NCBI GenBank assembly: GCA_051251855.1
Contig: JBPOGI010000005.1
Coordinates: 256,001-320,000, forward strand
Direction of reading: 5' to 3'
DNA length: 64,000 bases
From: Roseibacillus sp.
Lineage (GTDB): Bacteria > Verrucomicrobiota > Verrucomicrobiia > Verrucomicrobiales > Akkermansiaceae
The notes beneath the pieces are model-generated. The model made no database searches, was not told where the DNA came from, and was given only the letters and a program-made list of their open reading frames with translations. The translations under genes were made by a program, and so were the position numbers. This document shows positions 1 to 11,519 of this stretch, piece by piece. Numbering within the stretch: the stretch's first letter is position 1; each line of letters starts with the position of its first letter.

Positions 1-78
1 TGAAGAGGTCATCAGTTTCATTACCGGAAAGGCGGTGATAAGATTTTTGTTCGAAGAGATTAAATGAGGTGGGTCTTG

Positions 79-3000
79 TTATTGAATGGACCAAGAGCCG
101 TCGTTAAAGATGAGTTTGACCGACTTGTTGAATTTGATGCAGAAGGGGCACCAGCCCACTTTGGCGGTAAACTTTCCGTTGCCTGCGCCCTTGAGCTTAC
201 CAGCTTGGGAAGCGAGAATGATTCTGATTTCGCCCTTGATGGAGACCACGCAAAGAGCTTCGCCAGAGACCCCGAGGAAAATCTTTCCGCCGTAGGTAGG
301 GCCTTCTAGGAAGTAGAAGGCTCCGGCACCCACTCCGGCATCAATTCGGAAGAGGCACGAGGGCGGCACTCCGAGGACGAGTTGCGAGATGGGGAGCCAG
401 ACTTCGCCATAGACATAAGCACCGGTGAAGGTGGTGCCTGGGTCGACGACGTCATCGATATCGGGGTCGACAAAGATGAGGGGTTCCAGGGTGCAGGTGC
501 GACCAAAGAAAATGCCGGCCGCGACTTCGTAGTCCGAGAATATGGCACGGGCTTTGGCACCGAGGTAGCATTCATCTAGACCGATGGCTATGGTGGCTCC
601 GAACTCGAGAATCTTGAAGGCCTGAAAATCGATCTCGCCGTCCGAAAGCTCGAAGGTTCCTCCGACTCCCACCGGTATTGGCGGGATAGCGTCAGCGGTG
701 TCGAAGTCTTTCAGGGAGAGTTTGACCTCTAGATTGATTTTGCAATCGGCGATCCATTCCACAGAGACGTCTCTCGCCCCGATGCGAACTTCCACCATCT
801 TTTCACCAGGTTTGATGCAGCCGGAATCCACAAAGTTGTCCTCGGAGGTGTAGGCAAGGATTTCGAGATAGACCTTCAGAGCCATCTCTTCCGGGATTTC
901 AAACTGCATTTCGGCGTCGAGCCGCAGCTTGCGCAAGGAGTCACCATTGAACTCGGCGTATCCCGAGATTTCGCCTGATCCCATGTACTTGGAAACCTCA
1001 CCTAACAGCGGATTAATCTCGTCTTCTAAGGCGCCGACGGTATCGCTGATGACGGTCTTCATCACCGTGGTGAGTTCGGACAGCACGGACTGCAGCGCCG
1101 AAGTCACCTTGTCCGCGACATCGTAGAGGAGTTGACGTAAGAGGAACTGGGCTTTGCGAACGAATTCGGAATCGAGAATGGCGTCCTTGAGCTCGTCCTT
1201 GATGAGTTGGACGAACTGCTCTTCGGTGAAGTTGTTGAAGAAGTTCTCGGCAAACTCGTCGAACTGAGTTCCACCATCAACGAGGACATCGATGCCCAGC
1301 GCGACTTCCATCTGCAGAAAGAAGTTCCAAGCCCGGGTGGTGACCGGCCTCATGTAGCTATTGAGCAAGGCGTTCTTGGCAGCGGGAGTGCTGGGGAAAA
1401 AGTCGGCAAACTTATCGACGATTTCGCCGCCGGTTTCGACCTTGCTGTGGATTTCTGCCAAGAACCCACGCACGGTGATGAGCACTTCGGTGATTTGCTC
1501 CAGAGCGGGATCGACATCCTCTAACAGCATGTTGATTTGGGCGTTGAGCTCGGAGGCTCCTTCATCCAAGAGAGGCTGAATGACATCGCGGACCGCAGGT
1601 TCCACTAAGTTGGCCAGCAGAAGGTCGAGTAGGGCGTCGACCAGTTCCAGTTCACCTGCGCCATTGCGATAAAGGATCCCTTTGATGTCGGAGGCGGTGA
1701 TGGTGGGAGCTGAGATGTCGCTCTCGTAGTCTTGGGTGGTCTTGATCCCCAGAGTGATGACATCGATGCCCTTGATGATATCCTCGAGGGCCACTTCGAT
1801 CTGGTCCACGAAGCTGGCGGTGTCGGCAATGGCGGTGTTGCCGGTCTCCGCGATAGTGCAGATTTGGTCGCGCAGATCGGCGAGTTCAGGAATGCTGTCG
1901 AAGATGAAATCGGAAGGGTTGTCCAAGGCCATTTGAACTTGATTGCGGAAGGTCTGGTAGTCGTCGGTGGGGTTGTCGAGATAGAGCTGATAGACGAAGC
2001 GGTAGAGCTCGCGAATCGCTCCAGGATTCATCTCCGTGCCCGCAGCGGCATCGACGAGAGGGTTGATGAGACTACAGAGCGCGTCTTCGAGCATCTCATC
2101 GAGTCTTTCGAGACCAGTATCAATGGCTTGTTTGGGGACCGTTCCAATCGCGGTAGAAATGGCTTCCGAAGCCTTGTCGATTTCGCCGTTGAGGAAGTTG
2201 GAAATCTTGATTTCGGGAAGTCCGTCGTAAGTAGCTCCGAAGGAAATATTGGCGAACTTGGCGTCCATCCAATCGACTTGATGCTCCATTTGAGCGACAA
2301 AGATATTTTGTTCGATGGCTTGGGCAGAGGCAAAGCGACGGGTGTTGTCGTCCCAGAAGAGCGGATAGGATAAGGGAATGAATCCAAAGAGGTCTTGCTC
2401 GGCGACCACGAGGTGCTCGTTGGAGATGAGGGTGTCGACGTCGATTCCGGAGTTCTTAGGATTGCGGTAATCGTCGATAGCAATTTCGGCAAAGGGGAAA
2501 CCACTGTGAGTGGGGTCGAATCCGTCTTGGGTGAAAAAAGTGTCGCTGCCAACATTCCACCCCGGCGTGATTGCAAACGGTGCCGTGGAGAGGGTCATGT
2601 TATCCGGCACGGTGGAGGTGGCAGTCGTGATGGCCTGCACCTCCAAGTCGCGGAAGTAGGGGATGTCGATGGTAGCGGCAAAGGTGACGAATCCTGAGTC
2701 AGGACGTTGAGCGGCCGACATGCCGGGTGCTTCGGGATTGTTGAAGCGGAGCTTGCTGGTGGTGATCAGGTTGTAGGGTTGGTTAGGACCGTCGAGCGGG
2801 ATGACCGAGGGAAGGCGGAGTTGGGAATCGATGCCGCCAAAGCCTTCCGGTTCGTCGAGAGCGTTCTGCAGCGTCGAGAGGTTTCCGTTTTTGCAGAAGA
2901 CAAGGGTTCCGATGAGAGGCTCGTTGACATAGTTGGCATACGTCTGAGCGCCGGCAGCAAGTTTGCCGTCAAAGATGGGAGGGCACTGGCCGTCAGGATC

Positions 3001-5814
3001 TTCGTAGTTGAGGAAGGCAAGAGTCTTGAGGTTGAAGGAGGAGTTCCAGTAATCGAGTCCCTTGTCGTTAGCATTGCTTAGGTTGGGCGTCATTTCGCCA
3101 GGTTGGCCATAGCAGTCGAAACGCAGGCCGTTGAATTCCTGATCCCAATTCGAATAGCCGCTTACCGCGATACTACCATTGACCCAACTGGAGCAGCCAT
3201 CTTTCTCGTTGGTGTTGTCGAGGAAAGAGAGTTGGAATTGGGTGATCTTGCAATCGAAGCCATAGAGATCGAGAGTTGGGTCGTAGGTGCCATCACGACC
3301 CACTTGGCGGCCACTGACCCCAGCTTCGCGGATGTAGTACTTGGAGCCTCCTTGGCCCTGATCTTCTAATAGCTCGTATTCGTAGAAGTTGGTGTTTGCG
3401 GCGAGTTTGGAGGCTCCTTTCATGCCGGCGTTCTCGACTGTGAAGTTTAAGCCGGCCAAGTTGTCTTTCCCGTTCTTGTAAGCGCTTTCGCCAGGAAAGT
3501 GAAGGTCGACTGGATTGGCGTCTTCTTCCACGGCTGCCAGCAGAAGAGCTGCCGCCCCGAGGTCTGCGGCGTTGTCATCATAGATCGGACTATTGAAGAG
3601 GTCATTCCTAAGTGCATAGAGATTGTAACCGGGCATGTAGAAGTTGGCCTTGGCGAAGGGATCGGTCTGGTGAGTGAGGTCATTTGCTGCCGGCGACTTT
3701 CGCCCCCAACCCAAGTCGCCATTGTTAGAAACCGTGCCCGGTGACCAGAGGCCCCCTGTGCCAGTGAAAATGAGCTTGCTCCCATCCGGAATGAGATCGA
3801 CTCCCACGGTCGAAAGTCCATCAGTGCAGCCCGCCGCGATAGGGCCAGGACAGGTTTGATAGTAAGGAACCGTGAGGGTGCTGACGCCGTTGAGGCTCGA
3901 GCCCGCCGCTTCGGCAAAGAAACCAGCTTTGAAAACGAGGTCAGAATTTTGGAAGGCGATCTCTGTCTTTTTAGGAAAGTGACTTTGGAAGGAGTAGGCA
4001 GCGATCTTCATCCCTCCATCATCCAAGCGGAAAGTGCCATCACCGGCTGGCGACCAAACAATCCCAGAGGAGACATCGTCGATTCGTCGGAGATATTGAT
4101 CGTTGGAGCATCGCTCAGCCATGGTGGGGTTGTCGAGGTCACCGTCAGCGGCGAAAGCTTCCAACTTTTCAAGGTCTTCGCGATGAACGTAGTTGGGAAG
4201 GTCGGAGCCTGAGGTCCGCGCGACAATGAACCCGTCGGTGCTTACCGTGAAACCGTTGGCGGCCTTATCGAGAGGGAAGACCACAGGGTGTGCTTCGTCG
4301 CCGAGCGCGGGAGCGGTGTAGCCGGAAGTTGAAAAGGTGAAGTCGGACGGGGGGCAGAGAGCCGAATCGAGAGAAATAGAAGATCCCAAAGCGGCGATTT
4401 GGCTTTCGCCTAAATAAGGGTTTTGATTGTGGTTGGGAAAGAAGACGAGGCCCTGCGGGAGGTTGTAGGTAATCGCCGATGCGTTGTAGCCTGCAATGGT
4501 GAAATTCACATTACCGTAGGAAAAATCAGGACCCGCTAAACAGTGGATATCGTTACCGGATCCGTTGGCGAGATAGAGGTTTTCTCCTCCCGAGGTGAGC
4601 GTCATGGTGCCGTCTGCCAGGAGGGCGACATTGAGCAGGTTCTCGGAGCCAAAGGCGACATCAGGTCGGCCAGGAATGGAGCCACCATTGGTGGGGATTT
4701 CGATAGAGGCTGCAATTGAGCTGGGGCCAACCGATCCTATCGAGACCCCGCTTGAGAGTTCATTGACGACCACTGTTTCTGGCCCTGCTACCAGATTGCC
4801 GTTCAAGTGCAGCAATCGTTCGGGTGTAATTTCACAGGTGGCTCCAGTCTCGATGACGCCTCCTCCCTCACCGTGGCGGATGGTGCAGCGAAGGATGTAA
4901 GTTTCGTTTACGGAGTCCAGTTGCACAAGGGGCGTGAGTTGATCTTGTATCACTAGGCTAGTGATTGAGGGGATGGTGCGACCGCCTAGTATTTGATAGG
5001 AGTCGAGAGGCTGGCTCAAGCTGACGATACCATCTCCCGCGAGAGGAACGGGGTTGCCGCTGCTGGCTTCGATGATGTCAAAGTCGGCAAAGAAGGTGAC
5101 ATTTTGTGAAGCAATGGGATCGGCGAATTCATCATAGCGGAGAGCGAAAAATGAAATCCTCGCCTCGAAGCCATCATCGCTGGGGTTGGTAGCGAGGGCG
5201 TAGGTTTTGCTCCACGAGACACTCGATACCGTCGTCTCCACATTGTAGGGAGCGTCCCCATTGACGGTGTTGGTGAACTGGAGGACCCCCAATGGCTCAG
5301 GACTCGAGTCATCCTGCTGTCCCGCCACGTCGCTCCACACGGGCGAACCTACTGTGACTGGCGCGCGTTGAAGCTGTCCACGAACGAAGTAAGTTTCCTT
5401 TTCCGCCAAAAGAGCGTCAGGAATGACGATGCCGTTTAGGGTCGCGGTGCTCGTGCCCCCTCCACCGATTAGAAAAGACTGGGTGGAAGAATAGCCCACC
5501 ATACTGCCTCCATCGAGAGCGATCGCCACCGGGCTCCCGTTGTTGCCGCGCATCAACTGGTAGCAAACTCGGTATTGCCAAAAAGCTAGCCCACCTCCCG
5601 TATTCTGAACCGAAATATCAAAATCAGTATCAAAGCCGTGATGGTTGGTGGTGGCATCGCCATCGAATTCGTCCGAGGCGACCAAGTAGAACCGATTCTC
5701 GACGATTGGACGACTCATCGTCTCGATGAGTTGCGCGGAGGCAAGAGAGGCGAGCAAAGCGGAGAAGAGTGTTGCAAGGAAGCAACGGGAAAAGTGGCAG
5801 GCGTGTGTTCTCAT
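79..5814 (-). CDS. Giant secreted hypothetical protein (1911 aa)
   Basis: Long uninterrupted ORF; N-terminal signal peptide ([16 protein letters not shown]); beta-rich N-terminal part, helical middle, Gly/Cys-rich beta C-terminus; no family recognised. Confidence 0.85.
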   Translation of the reverse strand: MRTHACHFSRCFLATLFSALLASLASAQLIETMSRPIVENRFYLVASDEFDGDATTNHHGFDTDFDISVQNTGGGLAFWQYRVCYQLMRGNNGSPVAIALDGGSMVGYSSTQSFLIGGGGTSTATLNGIVIPDALLAEKETYFVRGQLQRAPVTVGSPVWSDVAGQQDDSSPEPLGVLQFTNTVNGDAPYNVETTVSSVSWSKTYALATNPSDDGFEARISFFALRYDEFADPIASQNVTFFADFDIIEASSGNPVPLAGDGIVSLSQPLDSYQILGGRTIPSITSLVIQDQLTPLVQLDSVNETYILRCTIRHGEGGGVIETGATCEITPERLLHLNGNLVAGPETVVVNELSSGVSIGSVGPSSIAASIEIPTNGGSIPGRPDVAFGSENLLNVALLADGTMTLTSGGENLYLANGSGNDIHCLAGPDFSYGNVNFTIAGYNASAITYNLPQGLVFFPNHNQNPYLGESQIAALGSSISLDSALCPPSDFTFSTSGYTAPALGDEAHPVVFPLDKAANGFTVSTDGFIVARTSGSDLPNYVHREDLEKLEAFAADGDLDNPTMAERCSNDQYLRRIDDVSSGIVWSPAGDGTFRLDDGGMKIAAYSFQSHFPKKTEIAFQNSDLVFKAGFFAEAAGSSLNGVSTLTVPYYQTCPGPIAAGCTDGLSTVGVDLIPDGSKLIFTGTGGLWSPGTVSNNGDLGWGRKSPAANDLTHQTDPFAKANFYMPGYNLYALRNDLFNSPIYDDNAADLGAAALLLAAVEEDANPVDLHFPGESAYKNGKDNLAGLNFTVENAGMKGASKLAANTNFYEYELLEDQGQGGSKYYIREAGVSGRQVGRDGTYDPTLDLYGFDCKITQFQLSFLDNTNEKDGCSSWVNGSIAVSGYSNWDQEFNGLRFDCYGQPGEMTPNLSNANDKGLDYWNSSFNLKTLAFLNYEDPDGQCPPIFDGKLAAGAQTYANYVNEPLIGTLVFCKNGNLSTLQNALDEPEGFGGIDSQLRLPSVIPLDGPNQPYNLITTSKLRFNNPEAPGMSAAQRPDSGFVTFAATIDIPYFRDLEVQAITTATSTVPDNMTLSTAPFAITPGWNVGSDTFFTQDGFDPTHSGFPFAEIAIDDYRNPKNSGIDVDTLISNEHLVVAEQDLFGFIPLSYPLFWDDNTRRFASAQAIEQNIFVAQMEHQVDWMDAKFANISFGATYDGLPEIKISNFLNGEIDKASEAISTAIGTVPKQAIDTGLERLDEMLEDALCSLINPLVDAAAGTEMNPGAIRELYRFVYQLYLDNPTDDYQTFRNQVQMALDNPSDFIFDSIPELADLRDQICTIAETGNTAIADTASFVDQIEVALEDIIKGIDVITLGIKTTQDYESDISAPTITASDIKGILYRNGAGELELVDALLDLLLANLVEPAVRDVIQPLLDEGASELNAQINMLLEDVDPALEQITEVLITVRGFLAEIHSKVETGGEIVDKFADFFPSTPAAKNALLNSYMRPVTTRAWNFFLQMEVALGIDVLVDGGTQFDEFAENFFNNFTEEQFVQLIKDELKDAILDSEFVRKAQFLLRQLLYDVADKVTSALQSVLSELTTVMKTVISDTVGALEDEINPLLGEVSKYMGSGEISGYAEFNGDSLRKLRLDAEMQFEIPEEMALKVYLEILAYTSEDNFVDSGCIKPGEKMVEVRIGARDVSVEWIADCKINLEVKLSLKDFDTADAIPPIPVGVGGTFELSDGEIDFQAFKILEFGATIAIGLDECYLGAKARAIFSDYEVAAGIFFGRTCTLEPLIFVDPDIDDVVDPGTTFTGAYVYGEVWLPISQLVLGVPPSCLFRIDAGVGAGAFYFLEGPTYGGKIFLGVSGEALCVVSIKGEIRIILASQAGKLKGAGNGKFTAKVGWCPFCIKFNKSVKLIFNDGSWSIQ

Positions 5815-6040
5815 GACTCAAAGGAAAGGCTTTAACCGAAGTGGAAGACGGTCTTTTCGAAGTACGGGAAAAGAGGTCCAAAGCCGGTAAAATACTATAG
5901 CGATGAAAACTTAGCCTGATGCGAATCTGGCTAAAGTTGAGGCGTTGTGACTACTGTTCCCGCAATAATCAGGGATATAGTCACCAAAGATCAGGTGGAA
6001 AGGCAAGGGAAGATGAAAAAAAGGAAACAGATTTTATCTG

Positions 6041-6970
6041 TTAGAAGGGTGACTCAGGAATCCACTGAAGAGTTTTGGTGACTGCCTCTTCTCTTTGTTT
6101 GTCGTAAAAGAGAAGATGATGGGAATCTTCAAGTCGAAAGACGGTGGGAGGTTGAGCGAAGGAATTGGAAAATTCCTCGATGAGGGAAGATGTTGTTAAA
6201 TCATCTTTACCACCATGTAGGATAAGGGTTGGAAGGGTGATTGTTTCCGCTTCTTTGTTCATTGATTGTGAGAGGTTTGCTAATGCTCTGAGGTATCGAA
6301 GACTGTATCTTTCGACTTTGTAAGGATTGGTTGCGCTTTGCTGGAAATGGTTTGAGTTGGTGGTGGCTTGAAAAGAGCCTCCTGCTAGGGCTTCAAGGGA
6401 GATGCGGGCCTTGGGAGCGAGGAACGCGGCGGTTTTCAAAGCCGCTACCTGCCATGCTGGAATGGCGTTTAAAGAAACGACGGGAGAGACGAGCACCAAG
6501 CCAACGGGCTTCTCGGTGGCTTGATTCGCTGCATGAAAGGCGATTAGGGAGCCCATGGACTCACCGATCCATACAAAACGAGCTTGGGGGTGACGTTGTC
6601 TGAGAGTTCTATCGAGCTCTAACAGGTCACGCTGCCAGAGCTGGGAGAAGGAGATGTCACCTTGATCCTTGGGGATAGGATCGTAACCGTTCCCTCGAAG
6701 ATTGAGGGCATAGAGAGTAGTGTCAGGTGACTGAGAGGGGAGCGCTTTTCCTAAGTTCCCAAAATCGCGGGCGGCTCCTTCAATACCGTGAAGGCCGATG
6801 AGAACGGTCTTAGGCTGGGCTTGCCGATTCCAGTGGCGCAGGGAAAGTTGTTTGCCGTCGGAGGTGGTGAGAAACGAGGAGGAGGGAGGCGAGGGCGCAT
6901 TTTTCGAAGAGCTGGCACATGAGACCAATAGGAGGAGAGCCAAACCGAGGGGGAGGAGCAGGATGCGCAC
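6041..6970 (-). CDS. Alpha/beta hydrolase (lysophospholipase-like) lipoprotein
   Basis: Lipobox LLVSC; LHG oxyanion motif, GESMG nucleophile elbow, HGGKD and C-terminal His (SHHLL). Confidence 0.85.
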   Translation of the reverse strand: MRILLLPLGLALLLLVSCASSSKNAPSPPSSSFLTTSDGKQLSLRHWNRQAQPKTVLIGLHGIEGAARDFGNLGKALPSQSPDTTLYALNLRGNGYDPIPKDQGDISFSQLWQRDLLELDRTLRQRHPQARFVWIGESMGSLIAFHAANQATEKPVGLVLVSPVVSLNAIPAWQVAALKTAAFLAPKARISLEALAGGSFQATTNSNHFQQSATNPYKVERYSLRYLRALANLSQSMNKEAETITLPTLILHGGKDDLTTSSLIEEFSNSFAQPPTVFRLEDSHHLLFYDKQREEAVTKTLQWIPESPF

Positions 6971-7095
6971 GGAGGGAGGCTAGCAATGTCGTGACCCCCT
7001 CACAACAACGTAGCACTAAGAATCCGAGCATTGACTAAGCAAGGGTGTCTCGTAGCATCTGGAGGATTTCAGGTGGAAGCCCTTCCTGCAATTGG

Positions 7096-7671
7096 ATGAT
7101 GAAGCCAAAACAGAAGATTCTACTCGTAATCCTTTTACCTGGATTGGCTTTTTTGATGGCTTCAGGCCTTCTTGTCGTAAGTGGGTTAAATGACCAGGTG
7201 GGAAATGCGGACGTTGCGTTGGTCTTGGGAAATAGGGTGAATCTAGATGGAACCCCATCGCCACGGCTCAAGGCGCGACTTGATACCGCAGCTGAACATT
7301 ATGCTCTGGGGCATTTTCCCAAGATTATTGTCAGTGGTGGTACTGGTGTGGAAGGAGTTCCGGAGGGCACCGCTATGAGAAACTATTTGGTTGGTTTGGG
7401 AGTTCCTCAGAAAGCAATTCTGATCGATAATATGGGCGTGGATACTCGAGCGAGCGTGGAGAACACGATTGCGATTCTAAACTCGACTCAATTGGAGAGT
7501 GTCTTCGTGGTGACGCAATACTTTCATATTCCACGAACCAAGCTTGCGCTCAAGAAGTCCGGTGTGTCTGAGATTTACAATGCGTATCCTCGCTTCTTTG
7601 AAGGGCGTGATTTTTATTCGATTGCAAGAGAGGTTCCGGCCTTTCTTAAGTATCTTGTAGTGCCGCTCTAG
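7096..7671 (+). CDS. YdcF/DUF218 (SanA/ElyC-like) family protein
   Basis: N-terminal TM; VLG, RLDTA, IIVSGG, E..AM, VVTQYFHIPR and RE motifs; start moved to ATG 7096. Confidence 0.85.
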   Translation: MMKPKQKILLVILLPGLAFLMASGLLVVSGLNDQVGNADVALVLGNRVNLDGTPSPRLKARLDTAAEHYALGHFPKIIVSGGTGVEGVPEGTAMRNYLVGLGVPQKAILIDNMGVDTRASVENTIAILNSTQLESVFVVTQYFHIPRTKLALKKSGVSEIYNAYPRFFEGRDFYSIAREVPAFLKYLVVPL

Positions 7672-7802
7672 TGAGGAACAAGTCGGAGTATACTAGGCAG
7701 GAGCTTTTGCTGGTGAGCCGCAAGGTGACATGGTAGGGGTAGTGACAGTGGGCTGAGTTGCTGAGTTGCTGAGATTAGGTGCGCTGAAATTCTCTCTGGA
7801 AG

Positions 7803-8285
7803 ATGAACTGGCCGCCACCATCGAAAAATTTGACAGATTATCCGGCGGAGTGTCTGTGGTATCTCATGCCGGGCTTGCTCGTGCATCTCTTCTTCCTGCT
7901 GCTCTCGCTTGTGTTGATGGGGCTTCTATCTTTTTCGAAGTTGAAGATGCCAGAAGTGAAGACAGTTCTCTTGTTTCATGGGTTCCTTCTGGTTTTCGCT
8001 ATGCTAGCCAATGGTGTTTGGAGTTGTTCGGTTTGGGGCAATCTTTACTGGTCTGTTGACTACACCTCAGATTTTTCAGCGTTCTACCCAATCACTCGAG
8101 GAGTGATCGATTATTCATGGGGAGAGGAGATGTCGGGTGGCCTTCGCGACGTCAGCCTGACTGAATTGAACTTCGTTTGGTTTGGGTTTGTGTTGGTGGT
8201 CTGGGCCGCTGGGCTTGCTGCTACATATTTTCTTTTAGAGAGACGTGGTAGAATAGGGACACAATCCGTAGAGCCCATTTCTTAA
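7803..8285 (+). CDS. Hypothetical membrane protein (about 3 TM)
   Basis: 160-aa ORF with three hydrophobic segments. Confidence 0.65.
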   Translation: MNWPPPSKNLTDYPAECLWYLMPGLLVHLFFLLLSLVLMGLLSFSKLKMPEVKTVLLFHGFLLVFAMLANGVWSCSVWGNLYWSVDYTSDFSAFYPITRGVIDYSWGEEMSGGLRDVSLTELNFVWFGFVLVVWAAGLAATYFLLERRGRIGTQSVEPIS

Positions 8286-8412
8286 TCGTGCTGGCGAGTC
8301 GGAGGTTGAAGGGAGAAGATAGTTTATTAGAAGCGTTCGGCAAAAATGCTGAATATGGTTGTTTTGGTTTCGTCTCACTTTCGCTATTTTGCTGAGAATC
8401 TACCAATCAAAT

Positions 8413-8796
8413 ATGAAATCAATTGTCCTTCTAATTACGTGGATGCTTCTCTTAACCTCAGCTCTTAGCTTTTCCGCGGAATCAGAGGTGAAGGTTGTTG
8501 GGAAATGTCTGAAAATCTCAGCAGTCGGTGGGCAGGTTCAATTGGTTCCTTTGAGATCTATTATTTCGGTAAAAATTTCTCCGCTATACGAAGAGAATGT
8601 GGGAGCAGCCGATGAGGATGTGAAGGGCTATATTGAAATCGTCACCACTGCTCTTGTGAGGGCTCACCTCAAAGATGAACTCACTGCAGTGAACGAGAGG
8701 ATCCGAATCAATGGCATCAATTTTGCGGAGGCTAAGAAATTCGGGGGAGCTATTGAATACGCATTGGCCTATTCGGAAGGCACCGATAAAGGTTAG
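8413..8796 (+). CDS. Hypothetical secreted protein
   Basis: Signal peptide MKSIVLLITWMLLLTSALSFSA from ATG 8413. Confidence 0.6.
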   Translation: MKSIVLLITWMLLLTSALSFSAESEVKVVGKCLKISAVGGQVQLVPLRSIISVKISPLYEENVGAADEDVKGYIEIVTTALVRAHLKDELTAVNERIRINGINFAEAKKFGGAIEYALAYSEGTDKG

Positions 8797-8846
8797 TCGA
8801 GCGAAATGGCGGCGTTGAAGTCTACTACTTAAAATCTTTCTATTCT

Positions 8847-9302
8847 ATGAGGCTTTTCTCAGCAGTAGGGCTTTGCATGCTCCTCTTCTTTTCGAGCTGC
8901 GGAAACCCTATTTATATGGCTTCTCAGGTTCCAGGGCTTCGGTCGGTGAGTGAAAGGATGAACGAGAAGGCCTTTGTTCGTTGGATGGAAAGTGATCCGA
9001 TTGACGAGGTGAAGGTGAGAGTGAAGAATGGCCATTATAAGCTGCTTGGGGTGGCTCACTATGCGGACAGGGAACGCTGGATTCCTGGCGTCTCAGGTCC
9101 TAAGAAGGATCATGTTCGGACCGATGTCACTTGGCAGGGGATGGGAGGTTACAAGGCACAATATATCGAGATTACGGAGGACTATATGTCGAAATTTAAC
9201 CAAGCGATGTTACTCGAACGCAAAGGAGTTGTTCTTGATGTCTATGCGAGGGGGCCAAGAAGCCGTGATTACCTCAAGCCGAGCAAAGACCACGAGGGGT
9301 AG
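8847..9302 (+). CDS. Hypothetical lipoprotein
   Basis: Lipobox-like FFSSC after a hydrophobic leader. Confidence 0.6.
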   Translation: MRLFSAVGLCMLLFFSSCGNPIYMASQVPGLRSVSERMNEKAFVRWMESDPIDEVKVRVKNGHYKLLGVAHYADRERWIPGVSGPKKDHVRTDVTWQGMGGYKAQYIEITEDYMSKFNQAMLLERKGVVLDVYARGPRSRDYLKPSKDHEG

Positions 9303-9368
9303 TCACTTGACTGGCTTTAAGAGGGGGATGTTGGGGCTATTGTTCGCGGCAGTCTGCCAGACCGTTGG

Positions 9369-11387
9369 CTACTTTTGGAGAGAGAGCCAGTCTACCATGG
9401 CTTGGGCTTCGGCTGGCTTGAGGGCGAGATTGGGCATGGCCGGTGGGTAGCCGACTGGGTATTCGGCGAGAGGGTCGGTAATCGACTGGAGGAGGTAGGG
9501 CTTGTCAATGGTGACTTTGACGGTCTTGCCATCGCGGATGACTTCTTGTTTGCGACCGAGAATACCATTGAAGGCGGGGCCGGCGAGGCGGGTACCATCG
9601 AGGGTGTGGCAGGCGGCACAGATGGCTTTGTATTGGGCTTCGGCGTAGGCAAGGGGGCCTTCTTCGAGAGAGAATTTGTCGGTGGCAAGTTCGGCGTGGG
9701 AACCCCCTCCTTGATGGTGGACCATGGTATACCAGGCAGTGTCTTTGTAGAGGGGAAGGTTATTGAGTTTTACTTCGATGACCCAGCCGACGTTTTCGTT
9801 GCTGTATTTTCCTTGGGTGAGGTAGGGCGGGGAGTTGTCGCGGATGCCGGGGATTTCGAGGGTGATGGTTTTGCCGTCGGGGCTGAGGGACTTTCTAGTT
9901 TCGGAGAGTTTTTCGGTTCCGAAGTTGCGGCCGCCGTAGCCTTTGGTAGGGACGTAGGTCCATTGTTTGAGGGCGAAGTTTGTTTTTTCGAGTTGTTCGG
10001 GGGTGATGGCTTGAAAGAGGTCGATTTGGAGTCCGCCGACGTGGTCGCGAACGGCAACCATTTCGTTGAAGTCTGCGGGGACTTTTTCGGCATCGATCCA
10101 AGAGAGGCGTTGAAGTCCGTGGAGTGGTTTCGGATCTTCGCCGGGCTTGGGGAGGAAGCGCCAGAGTCCGCCGTCGCCGATGTGGCCGAGGTAGTAGTTC
10201 TTGTCGGGTCCTTGCACGATGCGGTTGGGGCCGGCGGTGAAGCCGGAACGGCCCTCGGGGTCGTGTCCGCCAGAGTGCAGGAAGACGGCTCCTTGCCAGA
10301 CGCCTTCGACTTCTTCGAGGAAGACGCGGTTGAGGCGGCCCAAGGTGAGGTCACCGATGAGCCATTGTCCGTTGTAGGGTGCGAAGGGGCCGGGGAGGTC
10401 GTTGAGTTGGAGGGGTTGGGTGGGAGAGCGATTGACGATTCCTTGGGGGAGGTGGACGGTGGGTGGGGTTTGGTAGCGGGAGCCGCCAGCAGTGGAGTCG
10501 ACTTCGGCGGGTTGGAAGGCGGCGGTATTGGTTTCTTCGTCCGCGAGAAGGTAGTGACCGTGGAAGCTGCCTTTGCTCAGGCGCAGAAATTCGTTGGTGG
10601 GATTGAAGACGCCTTGGTTGTCGGTGACGATGATTTCGTTGTCGGCACCCATTCCGATTCCGTTAGGAGTGCGGTAGCCTCCGGCGTAGTAGGTGATGTC
10701 AACTTGTTCGGGTGTTTCGGTGCCTGTGATAGGGCCGAAAAGAAAGGTGGAGCCGCGTTTGGTCTTGGGGTTGACGGTGAGGTTGCGCTCGCGTGAGCCA
10801 CCGAGGCGGATAGAGGTGGTGAGGTTGCCGACGAGGTAGGTTTTGTTGTCTTCGACGAGAGTTTCGAATCCTACGGTGTAGGTGTGGAAGTTGGGCTGGG
10901 AGAGGCCGTCAATGAGGACCACTTTTTCGTCGGTGGTGTAGAGCCCGTCGCCGTTGCGGTCTTCGAGGCGGGAGATTTTGTCTTTTTCGCCGATGTAGAT
11001 TTTGCCTGCAACAGTGGTGATGGCGGTAGGTTCGTAGAGGTCGCCCATGAGGCGTTGGGCTTTGACTTTGGCGCGGTCGGAGTTGCCGATGAGCCCAGTG
11101 ACGCGATAGACTTCACCTTCTTTGAAAGGGGCTTTGTTCTGGCGGTCGGGGGTGAAGACGGTGAGGTAGAGGTCCTCGCCATCAAAGGCCATGGCGGAAA
11201 TTTTGAGTTCGACGTCGAGAGTGGGGTAGAGGTTCTCGAGTTGGAAGAGAGGGTGGAGGCTGTCCGTTGAAGTGGACTTGTCCATCTTGGGGTCGAAGCC
11301 TTTTTTCTTGGCTCCGGGTTCGCCAGAGAGGGGGAGGAGAAGGGCTGCGAAGCTAGCGAGGGCGAGGAGTTTGGGCGAGGGAGGCAT
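9369..11387 (-). CDS. Secreted beta-propeller (sorbosone dehydrogenase-like) protein with C-terminal cytochrome c
   Basis: Signal peptide; DRNGDG loop, GYRTPNG, DNQG motifs; CAACH heme motif and distal Met (PAMP). Confidence 0.8.
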   Translation of the reverse strand: MPPSPKLLALASFAALLLPLSGEPGAKKKGFDPKMDKSTSTDSLHPLFQLENLYPTLDVELKISAMAFDGEDLYLTVFTPDRQNKAPFKEGEVYRVTGLIGNSDRAKVKAQRLMGDLYEPTAITTVAGKIYIGEKDKISRLEDRNGDGLYTTDEKVVLIDGLSQPNFHTYTVGFETLVEDNKTYLVGNLTTSIRLGGSRERNLTVNPKTKRGSTFLFGPITGTETPEQVDITYYAGGYRTPNGIGMGADNEIIVTDNQGVFNPTNEFLRLSKGSFHGHYLLADEETNTAAFQPAEVDSTAGGSRYQTPPTVHLPQGIVNRSPTQPLQLNDLPGPFAPYNGQWLIGDLTLGRLNRVFLEEVEGVWQGAVFLHSGGHDPEGRSGFTAGPNRIVQGPDKNYYLGHIGDGGLWRFLPKPGEDPKPLHGLQRLSWIDAEKVPADFNEMVAVRDHVGGLQIDLFQAITPEQLEKTNFALKQWTYVPTKGYGGRNFGTEKLSETRKSLSPDGKTITLEIPGIRDNSPPYLTQGKYSNENVGWVIEVKLNNLPLYKDTAWYTMVHHQGGGSHAELATDKFSLEEGPLAYAEAQYKAICAACHTLDGTRLAGPAFNGILGRKQEVIRDGKTVKVTIDKPYLLQSITDPLAEYPVGYPPAMPNLALKPAEAQAMVDWLSLQK

Positions 11388-11519
11388 GGGTGTGATGATG
11401 AGGGGAGTTTACGCGGCTAAGTTGATGGTTCTTATCGGTAAATGGGGTGAGTTTGAGGAGGGTCGACTTGAGTCGAATGGTGCTGTGTTAAGGGAAAGTT
11501 CGTCTGGCGAAAGTTCTCA

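Noticed and set aside
1..21. Possible start (MKLMTSS) of a minus-strand gene running off the window
   Set aside because: Only seven codons are visible
5828..5984. Possible c-di-GMP or other known riboswitch
   Set aside because: I could not match the conserved core nucleotides by eye; kept only as an unassigned structured leader
9375..10796. Long antisense ORFs (also 19846-21459, 31487-32701, 59086-60258, 60373-61527 and others)
   Set aside because: They lie opposite well-supported genes, show no motifs and are expected shadows of GC-rich codon bias
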